The notes below the pieces were generated by a model. That model saw nothing but the letters and a program-made list of their open reading frames with translations, made no database searches and was not told the origin of the DNA. From positions 17,856,001 to 17,920,000 of the forward strand of contig NW_027361725.1 of NCBI RefSeq assembly GCF_039654945.1: 64,000 nt of DNA, in the 5' to 3' direction. Made by a program: the position numbers and the translations under genes. This document shows, one piece after another, positions 48,861 through 62,289 of the stretch. Origin of the DNA: Dendrobates tinctorius (Eukaryota). Numbering within the stretch: position 1 is the first letter of the stretch; the number at the start of each line of letters is the position of its first letter.

Positions 48861-51800
48861 TCAGGCCTTGTTCATTTTCAGAAAAGTAAGCCGGTCAACG
48901 TTATCGGAGGATAGTCGCGTGCGACGGTCTGTTAGTACACCACCTGCGGCACTAAAGACGCGTTCCGATAATACACTGGCAGTAGGGCAAGCCAGCACCT
49001 CCAATGCATACTGGCTAAGCTCTGGCCATGTATCCAGCTTAGAGACCCAAAACTTGAAGGGGGAAGAGCCGTCTGGGTGTACACTGACAGGGCAAGACAT
49101 GTAGTCTGTCACCATCTGACGGAAACGTTGCCTCCTGCTGACTGGAGCCGTCTGTGGCGGTCTAGACATTTATGGCGGGCACACAAAACTTTGGCACATT
49201 TGGGCCATACTGGTCATGCCTTGTGCTGAGGCGCTGCCTCTGCTTCCTCTTTGTGTAGAGCTTCCTCCACTGCCTCGACGCACAGAGCTGCTTTGTAAAG
49301 CACTAGCAGCACTGCTCTCGGGTGGAATGGAGAACATGATGGACTGCACCAGTGTTTCTTGGTACTCCCGCATTTTACGCTCCATGTTCAACCTTGTTAT
49401 GAGGATTTGTAAGTTGTCATGGTAGTGAGGATCTAGGAGGGTGTACACCCAATAATCAGCCGTGTTGAGAATGTGGGCGATGCGGCGGTCGTTTCTCAAG
49501 CACTGCAGCATGAAATCAACCATGTGCTACAGACTCCCAACTGCCAAAGAAACGCTGTCCCCTGCTTGAGGCGTCATCTCTGCCTGCTCTGCATCAACCC
49601 ACCCTCGCTGTACATACTGACTAGAGCATTGTGTATCTCCTTCCTCTGGAGAGATGTCTTCCTCCTCCATTGACTCCTCCTCATCCTCCTCACAAAGTAT
49701 CCCATGCCTAGGCCTTTGTAAGGAACCACGTAGTGCAGACTGTCCAGAAGCAGATGGCATTTGTGACACCTCATCCTCCAACTCTTCCAAAACCTCCTCC
49801 CTTAGTGCTTGCAGTGTTTTTGTGAAGCAGGCAGATAAGGGGGACAGTCATGCTGACTAGTGCATCATCTGCACTCGCCATCCGAGTGGAATCATCGAAG
49901 GCACGCAAAACGAGGCAGATGTCCTTCATAGAGGCCCACTCAGTGGTGCTGAAGTGTGACCGGCGTACAATGCGACTTGTTTGCACCTGATGCAGCTGGT
50001 ACTCCATTACTGCTGCCTGCTGCTCACACAACCGCTCCAACATATGTAACATTGAATTCCACCTGGTGGGTAGGTCACATATGATGCGATGTTCCAGAAG
50101 GCGTAATCGGCGCTGCAGAGCTGCAATGCGCGATCTTGCCATGCTGGAACGCCGCAAGTGAGCGCGCTCTATGCGGACCTTGTGCAGCAGTCCATCAAGA
50201 TCCGGATAGTCCCTCAGGAAGCTCTGCACGACCAAGTTGAGCACATGTGCGTGACATGGGATGTGATTGAGGTTGCCTAGACCCAGAGCTGCCACCAGAT
50301 TTCGGCCATTGTCACACACTACCAAGCCTGGCTGGAGATTCGCTGGCACAAACCACTCGCTCTCCTTCTTGATGGCATTCCAGAGCTCCTGCGCTATGTG
50401 GCTTCGATTCCCCAAAGAAATTAATTTCAGTAGGGCCTGTTGACGTTTGGCCACGGCTGTGCTCATATCGGTCGTAACAGGCTCCTGCAGTGTTGATTCT
50501 GAGGAACTGGAGTTTGCGAAGGAGTCAATGTGCACAGACTGGATTCCTGCAATCCTTGGAGTTGGCAGAACACGTACAATGCCACTCTCAAGATCTGTAC
50601 CTGGCTCCACAACATTGACCCAATGCGCAGTGAGGGAAAGGTATCGTCCCTGTCCATGGTTACTGGTCCACGCATCGGTGGTCAGGTGGACCTTGCTACT
50701 GTCGGCGTTTAGTAGCACATGTTTAATTTTTCCCTCCACATGCTTATGCAGGGCAGGGATGGCTTGCCTGCTGAAATAAAAGTGGCTGGGCACGGTGTAT
50801 TGTGGGACTGCCAATGCCATGAAGTTCCGGAAGGTGTCTGTCTCCACCAGCCTGAATGAGAGCATTTCAAGGGCTAGTAGTTTGGCAATGCCAGCATTCA
50901 GAGCCTGTGTTCGGGGATGGTTTGCCGAATATGGCCGCCTTTTCTCCCATTCCTGTGCTACCGATGGCTGTAGAGTGGCCTCGGAGTGTGAGGATGAACG
51001 GGAACGTGGTGCTGTGGGTGGAATGTCACTGGGTCTCTGGACAACAGTGCCAGAGGTTCTTCCATGGTGATCCTGTGAGGAAGCCGAACCAGCTGTGTGT
51101 GAGCTGGAGGAAGAGGCTACAACACGGGCTGAAGAGGTGGTAGGTGGTGCTGTAGGTTGGCCTACGTCTTCAGTGTGTCTTTGTAACTCCACCACGTGCT
51201 TGGTCCGCACATGTTTCCACATATTTGTGGTATTGAGGTTGCTGACACTTTTCCCTCTTTTGACATTCTGGTGACACAGCTTGCATTTGACAAAGCAAAT
51301 GTCACCTGCAACTGTGTCAAAAAAGGACCATGCACTGCAAGTCTTGGGAGCGCCCGTTTTGGCTTTTGGAAGAGGAATGCTCCTAACGGGTGCCGAAGTG
51401 GAGGCTACAGGCAACCAAGTCTGCCCCCTCCCTCTCCCTCCTGTTTTGGCTGTTCGGGGAATCTTTTCCTCAGAGCTGCTCCCACCACCTTCCTGTTCCT
51501 CACGCCATGATGGGTCAAGGACCTCATCATCTACACTCCCCTCTTCAAACACCTGCTTCTCCTGGGTAGTCTCGCCAGCACCGTACGCACCAGAAAGTGG
51601 CACCTGAGTCTCATCATCTGATGTGTACTGAGGTGTGCTGACCATAGGCACTGGCCCACCCGCCTCTTCAGATTCAGAGGGACAAAGCAGTTGCTCATCA
51701 CTGCATACTCCCTCTTCTTCACATTCTTGAATGCTGCTTGGCTGGCCCCCTCTTTCCAAGCCAACAGATTCAGAGAACAGAAGTAGAGACTGAGATGGCT

Positions 51801-52188
51801 CCTGTCCAGGGCTCTCTGACTGCCTGGGCAATTTGGCAGGTGGTGAAGAGACAGATGGTTGCTCTTCAGTGCTCTGGCCCTGAGAGGATGTGGAAGTCAT
51901 TGAAGTCGATGTGTTAGCTGCCATCCATCCGACAACGGCTTCAATTTGTTTGTCCCGCAGCAGTAGGGTACGTCGAGGTCTTACAAAGCTGCGCATAAAG
52001 GACTGTTGCCTGGTAAAACTGGGGGATGCTGACTCACTGGTGCCCGCAGCAGGCACAGTATCCCCACGTCCTCTCCCTGCTGAATCCCCATGTCCTCTCC
52101 CTGCTGCAACTCCATGCCCACGACCACGTGCCTTACTCCCTGCCTTCTTCATCTTGGTAGACTGATAAAGATAGGCAGAAAAGTACAA
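48861..52188 (-). pseudogene. hAT transposase (BED zinc finger, DDE, dimerisation domain), frameshifted in the 3' third
   Basis: WSFF..CKLC..TTNMWKHVRTKH, LTTDAWTS, CDNGRN, CHAHVLNL, TRWNS, LDPHY, ASVLSERVFSAAG..RTRLS. Confidence 0.92.
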
Positions 52189-53942
52189 AGTGGGGGCTTA
52201 GTGTGCTTATTCCTGAACAGCTGCTAACAGGTATAAGAAATACTAATTTTATAAAGTGTGTGGACTACACTTTAATATGAGCTAATGTGGCCTACACCAC
52301 TGCCTAGTGGAGTGTTTGGTGAACTTTATTTTGTTTCTTTTTTTAAAAAAAACAAAAAGGATGTGTCCCAAGATGTGAAAGCGATAGTGTCACAAACTTT
52401 TTGGAGCTATTACAATGCAGGAAGGTAACCTACAATGCAATAGATGAGGCTCCAAAAAATAGGGTAATACTAATCTGGCTGTGGCTGCAGGGCACAAGCC
52501 AGAAATAAAGCTCCTCTATTTAATCCTATATAGTGTTTGCATCCAACCAATGTATATGGATATGGATGGATGCACACTAAAAGGAGAATTAATGAAAAAT
52601 GAGCTGCAATAAAAGAAAAATATGTGTGAGGCAGTGACGCACGTTGAGCGGCCTACAACCAGACGTGGCTGCAGGACACACTACAGCGTGAGCTGCACTC
52701 ACACACAGAGACCTCTCAGACAGCCGTGATCAGTGCAGATAAGTTGGCACTAGCACTGAAAGGCTGCAGAAAGGCTCCGCTGTCTACTCCTATAGTGTTT
52801 GCAACCAATGTATATGGATACGCTTGGATGCACACTAATAGGAGAATTAATTAAAAATTTGCAGCAGTGATGCACGCTGAGCGGCCTACAACCAGATGTG
52901 GCTGCAGGACACACTACACAGCATGATCTGCACTCACACAGACCTTGCAGACAGCTTTGAACTGTGCTGCAAGGCAAAAGAAAGCTACACTGATTGATAA
53001 TGTTGCCTGGGTAAAGCACAATATTATTTAGAAAATCGCTATCTCTAACTGTCCCTCATAGTCTTGAACAGCAGTCTGTCCCTAACTGAATTCACAGCAG
53101 AGTGAACCCGATATTTGCGGTATCGGAATGCTCAACACTAGTGTTGAGTCCTATAGGTATGGTGTGTCCCCCTGTATCAGGCGCCTCCCAGCCGTTCATC
53201 ATCCCCGTTGCATCTGTGCGCTGCCTCCTCGTAGGTTGTTGTTACATGCCGGAGCCTGCACTGCGCCAACATTTCTTGGACATGCGCAGCGCGCGCTGCC
53301 CGGGAACTGACATCAGGCTAGCATGCCTACGTGTTGTGGAGGCCTCAGATCCCGCCCCGCAGTGTGTTATGATGTAATCACACCGCGGGGCTGGAAATCT
53401 GGTGCCTACGCAGTGAGCAACTATAGCTGTGCCTGCCCCATCTCCCTCCTCTTCTTTATCTTTCCTCCCACAGCAGTGTCTGATGAGCTGACCTGCCAGC
53501 TGAGCTCCCCACATGCAGTTCACTATAGCTGGGGACAGGCGACCCTGATTTGACAATCGCCGTTATTAACCATATAACGGCGACCGCAAAAAAAGTCCGA
53601 TGTGTCAATTAATTTATCTATCCTCTGATGTGACCGCACATCAGGGGAGAGAGAAATAGGGTCCCCGATCCCCCCCCGGTACGTCCCTGTGCTCCTCGGC
53701 ACGCATGCTTCCGCTCCTTGGGTCCTTGGGTGCCGCCATCTTCTTCAGGGAATATTTCATTCATTCATTCAAGGTACATTTTGATCACTGTGATAAACCC
53801 TATAACAGTGATCAAAATAAAAAAAATAGTAAATAAACCCTCCTTTTATTACCCCCTTAGTAAGGGAAAAATAATGAAATAAAGAAAATATATTTATTTT
53901 CAATTTTCCGTTAGGGTTAAAGTTAGGCTAGTTAGGGTTAGG

Positions 53943-56900
53943 TGTTATGAATGAGTCACCGGAGGAGGAAAAAGCAAAAATGCAAGATAAGTCCAGAAAA
54001 CCGGAGAGGTTGGTAGCTAATGGATTGCAGACCCCTGATCCTATTCACACAACTTACAGTAGCCGTGGAGTGTTCCTACGGTGATCCTAGACACCTCGTC
54101 ACAGCCGGAGAACTACATAAGCCTAAAGAAAGAAAGGGGAAATCTAAACTGCCCCAGAGCAGACCCCAAAGCAATAGACAGCCCCCAACATGTATTGTCG
54201 GTGAAAACAGATGAAAACACAAACACAGACAGAAAGACAGGCAGAGCAAACGATGGGGCCCAACTAACTAGATAGGAAAGGACAGAAAAGATGCTAGCTG
54301 CAATCTGCAAAAACCCTACCAAAAAAGTCCCAACACGTCTGATAAGAAAAACGGCCCTGAAGTCACTAGACTTCAAAATCCCTATATCAGCACTCCGATA
54401 TATTCTGAAGACAGAGCAAAAGAGATTTAACCGATCAGGGACAAAATGGAAATTCAGCAAAGCCCCAGCCGGGGCTTGCTGAACACAAAACTAAGCAAAT
54501 CAGACAAAATCTCATGGAGCAATAACAGAGCAAAACTTAGCTTTCAGAAGACAGGAACTGAACTGGAGGCCAGAGCTCAGAGCAGAGAAATCACCAGCAA
54601 CCTTACAAGGGCGTCGGCAGCCTTATATCCACTCAGAGATTACGGATGTCCAATCGCAATCCACCTGTTCAGATGACAGGTTTCTCCCATCCAAATCAGT
54701 TTCACCACCTCCTTTCACCAGCAAAGGGAGTTCATCGGAGGATATCAAAGGTGAACGAGAAAATGAGCTCACAACAGTACCTCCCCCTTGAGGAGGGGTC
54801 ACCGAACCCTCATCCACGCCACCAGGCCGATCAGGATGGGCCCTATAAAAAAAACGAACCAATCTTTCGGCATGAATATCAGATGCAGAGACCCAATAAT
54901 TATCCTCCTGGCCATAACCCTTCCACTTAACCAAATACTGGAGTCTCCGTCTAGCCAGATGAGAATCCAGTATCTTCTCAACCTCATATTCCACATTACC
55001 TTCCACCAATACAGGGTCAGGAGGTGCCACCACAGGAACTACTGGCTCAACAAACCTCTTCAACAGAGACTTATGAAACACGTTATGGATCTTAAATGTA
55101 AGAGGAAGAGCCAATCGAAAAGAGACCAGATTAAGAATCTCCAAAATCTTGTAAGGTCCAATAAATCTAGGTTTAAACTTTGGAGAAGCCACCCTCATAG
55201 AGATATTCTTTGCTGACAACCAAACCATATCACCCACCTTAATCCGGGGACCAATGGTCCTATGCCGGTTGGAAAACCGCTGGGCCTTTTCCTGGGAGAG
55301 AGACAACTTATCCACCACTTGGTCCCAAATCTGGTGCATTCTCTCCACCACAGTGTCAACACCTGGGCAGGCAGAAGATTCAACCTGCCCTGAAGAGAAT
55401 CGAGGATGAAACCCAAAGTTACAAAAAAAAGGTGACATCAAAGTGGCAGAACTAGCTCTATTATTTAAAGCAAATTCGGCCAAGGGCAAAAATGGGACCC
55501 AATCATCCTGATCAGCAGAGATAAAACATCTCAAATAAGACTCCAAAGTCTGGTTTGTTCTCTCCGTCTGCCCATTGGTCTGAGGGTGAAACGCAGAGGA
55601 GAAGGACAACTGAATTCCCAGTTTGGAACAAAAAGTCCTCCAAAATCTAGAGACAAACTGGACTCCTCTGTCAGATACAATGTTCTCAGGAATCCCATGC
55701 AAGCGAACCACCTGTTGCAAAAACAAGGGCACCAACTCTGAGGAAGATGGCAACTTAGGGAGTGGTACAAGATGGACCATCTTCGAGAATCTATCACAAA
55801 TCACCCAGATAACAGTAATTCTCTGAGAGACAGGCAGATCAGAAATAAAATCCATTGAAATATGGGTCCATGGCCTCCTGGGCATCGGCAAAGGCATCAA
55901 CAACCCACTAGAGCGAGAACAAGGTTTAGACCAGGAGCAAGTCCCACAGGACTGCACAAAATTCCTGACATCACGAGACTAGGCGGGCCACCAAAAAGAC
56001 CGACTCACCAAATCTCTAGTACCAAAAATACCTGGATGACCAGCCAATGCGGAGCATTGAACTTCAGATATTACTCTCTTTCTCCACTGGTCAGGAACAT
56101 ACAATTTTCCAATGGGACAACGCTCAGGTTTGTCCTCCTGAAACTCTTCCAGAGCACGTCTCAAATCGGGCGAGATGGCAGAAAAAACTACCCCCTCACC
56201 TAAGATGGTAGCAGGCTTGGTCACAATAGGAGAATCAGCAAAGAAACTCCTAGAGAGGGCGTCTGCCTTGACATTCTTAGTGCCCGGAAGAAAAGAGACC
56301 ACAAAATCAAAACGTGTGAAAAACAAGGCACACCTAGCCTGTCTAGGATTCAAGCGTTTGGCCGACTCAAGGTAAATCAAATTCTTGTGGTCAGTGAGGA
56401 CCACGACTTGATGTCTAGCTCCCTCCAACCAATGTTTCCACTCCTCAAATGCCCATTTCATGGCTAACAGTTCCCGATTCCCCACATCATAGTTGCGTTC
56501 GGATGGGGAGAACTTTCGGGAAAAGAAAGCACAGGGATTTATTTTAGATGTCACCGGATCTTTTTGGGACAAAACAGCTCCTGCACCAATCTCAGAAGTG
56601 TCCACCTCCACCTGAAACGGGAGTGAGACATCAGGTTGCCGCAAAACTGGAGCAGAAGTGAACCTCCGCTTCAGCTCCTGAAAGGAAGAAACAGCCTCTG
56701 GAGACCAATTCAGCACATCAGCACCCTTCTTAGTCAAATCAGTCAATGGTTTGGCAATACCAGAAAAATTCGCTATAAATTTACGATAAAAATTATCAAA
56801 ACCCAAAACTTCTGAAGGGCCCTCAAAGAAGTGGGCTGAACCCAATCATAAATGGCCTGTACCTTGGCCGGGTCCATTTCAATAGTTGACGGAGACAAAA

Positions 56901-59780
56901 TAAATCCCAAAAATGAAATCCTCTGTACACCAAAAAGGCATTTCGATCCCTTAACATACAGGGAATTCTCCCTCAAGATCCGGAACACAGTCCGAACATG
57001 TTCCACATGAGAGTCCCAATCCCTGGAAAAGATCAAAATATCATCCAGATAGATGACCAAAAACTTATCCACAAAGTCCCGGAAAATATCATTCATGAAG
57101 CACTGGAAGACAGAAGGGGCATTAGTGAGCCCAAAAGGGCTCCGGAGTATTAAACGCCATCTTCCCTTCATCCCCATGCTTAATGTAAATAAGTTTATAC
57201 GCCCCCCAGAGGTCAAGCTTGGTAAACCAGCAAGCACCTTTAACTCTGGAGAATAGATCAGAAATCAGGGGTAACAGATACTGATATTTAACAGTAATTT
57301 TGTTGAGGGAACGATAGTCAATACAAGGCCTTAATGGACCATCTTTCTTGGCCACGAAAAAAAAAAAACAGCACCCAAGGGTGAAGAGGATGGTCTAATA
57401 TGACCCTTCTCCAACCACTCCTTAATATAAGATCGCATAGCCTCGTGCTCGGGTACAGATAAATTGAAAAGTTGACCCTTGGGAAATTTACACCCAGGGC
57501 TCAGCTTAATTGCACAGTCATAACTCCTATGAGGAGGCAAAGATGCAGACTTATTCTCACTAAATACATCATAAAAATCAGCCAAATAGTCAGGAACATC
57601 ATGCGACTGGGGAGAGGTGGAGAAAACAGGAGCGTCACTAAGAGCACACCGACAACCCCAAATCACCACAGACACAGATTTCCAATCCAAAACTGGATTA
57701 TGGATTTGCAACCAGGGAAACCCCAGAACAATGGTATCATGCAGATTATGCAACACCAAAAATCTGCAATTTTCTTGATGGTCTGGGGCGACCCGCATTA
57801 CCACATGGGTCCAAAACTGAGGTTTATTCTTCACCAAAGGAGTAGCATCAATACCCCGCAAAGGGATAGGCGTCTGCAGAGGTGTCATAGGAAACCCACA
57901 ACATTTAGCAAAATCCAAATCCATCAGGTTCAGAGCCGCTCCTGAATCCACAAAAGCCTTAGTGGAAAATGTGGAGAGGGAGCAGATCAGAGTAATTACC
58001 AGAAGAAACTTAGGTTGTACACCACCCACAGCAAATGTGTGTGCAAAACGTTTCTCTCGTTTATGGCAGATAGAAATAATATGAGAGGCATCTCCACAGA
58101 AAAAACACAGCTTATTACGCCTTCTGAACTCCTGACGTTGCGCCCTAGAAAAAACTCTATCACATTGCATAGGTTCAGACATTTGTTCAACAGGTGGCAA
58201 CATTTCTCGTGTAATTTTACGTTCACGTAAACGCCGATCAACCTGAATGGCTAATGACATAGAATCGTCAAGACCAGAGGGAACAGGAAATCCCACCATA
58301 GTATCTTTTACAGTTTCTGACAAACCCTTCCGAAAGAGAGCTGCCAATGCACCATCATTCCAGGTAGTAAGAACCGCCCTCTTTCGGAATTTTTGACAGT
58401 ACAACTCTGCAGAATCCTGACCCTGGCTCAAAGCCAACAGTGCTTTTTCAGCTTGATCAATAGCATTAGGTTCATCATAAAACAACCCCAAGGCTTGAAA
58501 AAATGCATCCACATTAGTTAGAATAGGATCATCAGATGTCAAAGAAAACGCCCCATCCTGGGGATCGCCGCGCAGCAAAGAGATGACAATTTTAACCTGC
58601 TGCGCAGAGCTCCCCGATGAGCTAGGCTTCAAGGCAAGAAATAATTTACAATTTTTCTTAAAATTCAAAAATTTAGACCGATCCCCAAAAAACACATCAG
58701 GAATAGGAATCTTTGGTTCAGCAGCATGTGAATGAGCAAGATAGGCGGAAATTCCCCGCACTTCTGCAGTAAGCTGCTCCACACGATCAGACAATTGTTT
58801 AATCTCCATTAAGAAAAAATTCCTCCTACGGCCCCAGAGAAAAAGAGGAAAAAATATACATGAAAAAAAAAAATTCTGACAATTTTTTTTTTTTTACAAT
58901 TCTTTCCTGCTATTGAGTACCCTAGAATCTGCGCTATGGCTGGTGTTTCTGTTATGAATGAGTCCCCGGAGGAGGAAAAAACAAAAATGCAAGCTAAGTC
59001 CAGAAAACCGGAGAGGTTGGTAGCTAACAGATTGCAGACCCATGATCCTATTCACACAACTAACAGTAGCCGTGGAGTGTTCCTACAGTGATCCTAGACA
59101 CCTCGTCACAGCCGGAGAACTACATAAGCCTAAAGAAAGAAAGGGGAAATCTAAACTGCCCCAGAGCAGACCCCAAAGCTATAGACAGCCCCCAACATGT
59201 ATTGTTGGTGAAAACAGATGAAAACACAAACACAGACAGAAAGACAGGCAGAGCAAATGATGGGGCCCAACTAACTAGATAGGAAAGGACAGAAAAGATG
59301 CTAGCTGCAATCTGCAAAAACCCTACCAAAAAAGTCCCAACATGTCTGATAAGAAAAACGGCCCTGAAGTCACTAGACTTCAAAATCCCTATATCAGCAC
59401 TCCGATATATTCTGAAAACAGAGCATAAGAGATTTAACCGATCAGGGACAAAATAGAAATTCAGCAAAGCCCCAGCCGGGGCTTGCTGAACACAAAACTA
59501 AGCAAATCAGACAAAATCTCATGGAACAATAACAGAGCCAAAGTTAGCTTTCAGAAGACAGGAACTGAACTGGAGGCCAGAGCTCAGAGCAGAGAAATCA
59601 CCAGCAACCTTACAAGGGCATCGGCAGCTTTATATCCACTCAGAGATTCCGGATGTCCAATCGCAATCCACCTGTTCAGATGACAGGTTTCTCCCATCCA
59701 AATCAGTTTCACCACCTCCTTTCACCAGCAGAGGGAGTTCATCGGACATCAAAGGTGAACGAGAAAATGAGCTCACAACA
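53943..59780 (-). mobile_element. Full-length Ty3/Gypsy chromovirus, element 2
   Basis: LTRs 58950-59780 (5') and 53943-54776 (3'); TSD GTTAGG; PPT near 54781-54790. Confidence 0.95.
54623..58809 (-). pseudogene. gag-pol polyprotein of element 2, disrupted
   Basis: CFFCGDASHIISIC, FVDSGA, YLDD, RNase H, integrase, GPY and chromodomain motifs; several frameshifts and stops. Confidence 0.93.
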
Positions 59781-62289
59781 GTTAGGGTTGGAATTAGGGT
59801 TACGGTTAGGATTGGACTTAGGATTAGGGTTGGAATTAGGGTTAGGATTGGAATTAGGGTTAGGGTTGGGATTAAGGATAGGGATGTGTTGGGGTGAGGT
59901 TTGTGGTTAGGGTTAAGGTTAGGATTAGGGTTAGGGTTGTGGTTAGGGTTACGGTTATGGTTAGGGTTTGATTAGGGTTAGGGGTGTTTTGGTGTTAGTT
60001 TTGTGGTTAGAGTTATGGTTAGGATTAGGGTTATGGGTGTGTTGGGGTCAGGGTTGAGTTAGAATTGAGGGGTTTTCACTTTTTAGACACATCAGGGGGT
60101 CTCCAAACGTGACATGGCGCCACCATTGATTCCAGTCAATTTTGCGTTCAAAAAATCAAATGGTGCTCCCTCCCGAGCCCTGACGTGTGCCCAAACAGTG
60201 GTTTACCCCAATATATGAGGCATCAACATACTTTGGACAACTTGCACACTAATTTTGGGGGTCTAATTTCTCCTGTTGCCCTTGGGAAAATAAAAAATTG
60301 GGGGCTAAAAAATCATTTTTGTGGAAAAAAAATGATTTTTTTATTTTCACGGCTCTGCGTTATAAACTTCTGTGAAGCACTTAGGGGTTCAAAGTGCTCA
60401 CCACACATCTAGATAAGTTCCTTAAGGGGTCTAATTTCCAAAATGGTGTCACTTGTTGGGAGTTTCCACTGTTTAGGCACATCAGGGGTTCTCCAAACGC
60501 GACATGGCATCCGATTTCAATTCCAGCCAATTTTGCATTGAGAAAGTCAAACAGCGCTACTTCTGTTCCAAGCTCCTTGGGGGTCTAGTTTCCAAAATGG
60601 GGTCACTTGTGGGGGATTTCTACTGTTTAGGCACATCAAAGGCTCTGCAAATGCAACATGACACCTTGCAGACCATTCCATCAAAGTCTGCATTCCAAAA
60701 CGGCACTCCTTCCCTTCTGAGCTCTGCCATGCGCCCAAACGGTGGTTCCCCCCACATATGGGGTATCAGCGTTCTCAGGACAAGTTGGACAACAACTTTT
60801 GTGGTCCTATTTCTCCTGTTACCCTTGTGAAAATAACAAATAGCGGGCTCAAAAATCATTTTTGAGGGAAAAAAATGATTTTTTTATTTTCACAGCTCTG
60901 CATTATAAAGTTCTGTGAAGCACTTTGGAGTTTAAAGTGCTCACCACACATCTAGATAAGTTCCTTAAGGGGTCTAGTTTCCAAAATGGTGTCACTTGCT
61001 GGGAGTTTCCACTGTTTAGGCACATCAGGGGCTCTCCAAATAAGACATGGCGTCCGATCTCAATTCCAGCCAATTGTGCATTGAAAAAGTCAAACTGCGC
61101 TCCTTCTGTTCCAAGCCCTGCTGTGTGCCAAAACAGTGGTTTACCCCCACATATGTGGTATCGAGGTATTCAGGAAATAATTTTGTGGTTCATTTTCTCT
61201 TTTTACACTTAAAAAAATTGGTTCTGAAGTAAAATGCTTGTAAAAAAAAGTTAAAAGTTAATTTTTTCCTTCCACATTGCTTCAGTTCCTGTGAAGCACG
61301 TAAAGGGATAATAAACTTCTTGAATGTGGTGTTCAGCACCTTGAGAGGTGCAGTTTTTAGAATGGTGTCACTTTTGGGTATTTTCTGTCATATTGACCCC
61401 TCAAAGTGACTTCAAATGTGATGTGGTTCCTAAAAAAATGGTTTTGTAAATTTTGTTGTAAAAAGTGAGAAATTACTGGTCAACTTTTAACCCTTATAAA
61501 TTCCTAACAAAACAAATTTGTTTACAAAATTGTGCTGATGTAAAGTAGACATGTGTGAAATGTAATTTAGTAAGTGTTTTTATGACATATATCTCTGATT
61601 TAAGGGCATAAAAATTATAAGTTTGAAAATTGCAAAATGTTAACATTTTTTGCCATATTTCCATTTTTTTCATAAATAAACGCAAGTCATATCGAAGAAA
61701 TTTTACCACTAGCATGAGGCAAAATATGTCACAAAAAAATCAACCTCAGAATCAGCGGGATCCGTTAAAGCATTCCAGAGTTATAACCTCATAAAGTGAC
61801 AGTGGTCAGAATTGTAAACATTGGCCTGGTCATTAAGCTGCAAATTGGCCCCATCACTAAGGGGTTAATTTAGCCAACAAACTTTTGCCATTTATCATAG
61901 CGGGATAACTTTTGCACCACCCTTTTTGAAAAGCCATGGCTTCTTTTCAGTGCATTGTATAAACATTAGACCCTCCCCCCCAAAAAAAATATTTTGAAAC
62001 ATTTTTACAATTTAGAAAGGCTAAAGAGTCTTTTAGTACATTGTGTTGTTAAACAGCTGTTGCATATCACTGCTTACTATCATTTTATCCATAGCCGGAT
62101 ATATTGAGGTTACTCTGACATCTCTAAGGTTGTGCTGACGTTAATAAGCTTGAAATGGTCTTAATATGGTGCTAGTAGACTCCACTGTTATATATTTTCT
62201 TGGCAATTATAGGGTTAGCAGTACTTCAAATCAAAGTTTTGGGGAAAAATGACAAAACTGGCAAATTTAAGTTTCTGAAGATTCTCAGC

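Larger units (their letters stand above)
45750..53140 (-). mobile_element. Full-length hAT DNA transposon (7.4 kb)
   Basis: TIRs TAGTGTTGAGC / GCTCAACACTA; 8-bp TSD GTGTTGAG (45742-45749 / 53141-53148); CCGATA subterminal repeats. Confidence 0.93.
45597..53420. mobile_element. Kolobok/T2-type MITE interrupted by the hAT element
   Basis: TTAA-AGGGAACCTGTCA terminus; sequence resumes at 53149; right end not found. Confidence 0.6.
53545..61864 (+). mobile_element. Non-autonomous TTAA-type (piggyBac-like) transposon with degenerate TTAGGG array, split by chromovirus element 2
   Basis: Ends CACTAAGGGG-TTAA; TTAGGG-like tract at 53910-53942 + 59781-60065; internal GGGGTCTAGTTTCCAAAATGG repeats; left boundary approximate. 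Confidence 0.75.

Noticed and set aside
46435-48889. Numerous ORFs on both strands with repeated peptides
   Set aside because: Translations of tandem repeats inside the hAT element; no recognisable domain
59781-60065. True telomere or chromosome fusion site
   Set aside because: Degenerate, single orientation, and duplicated inside a second copy of the same transposon
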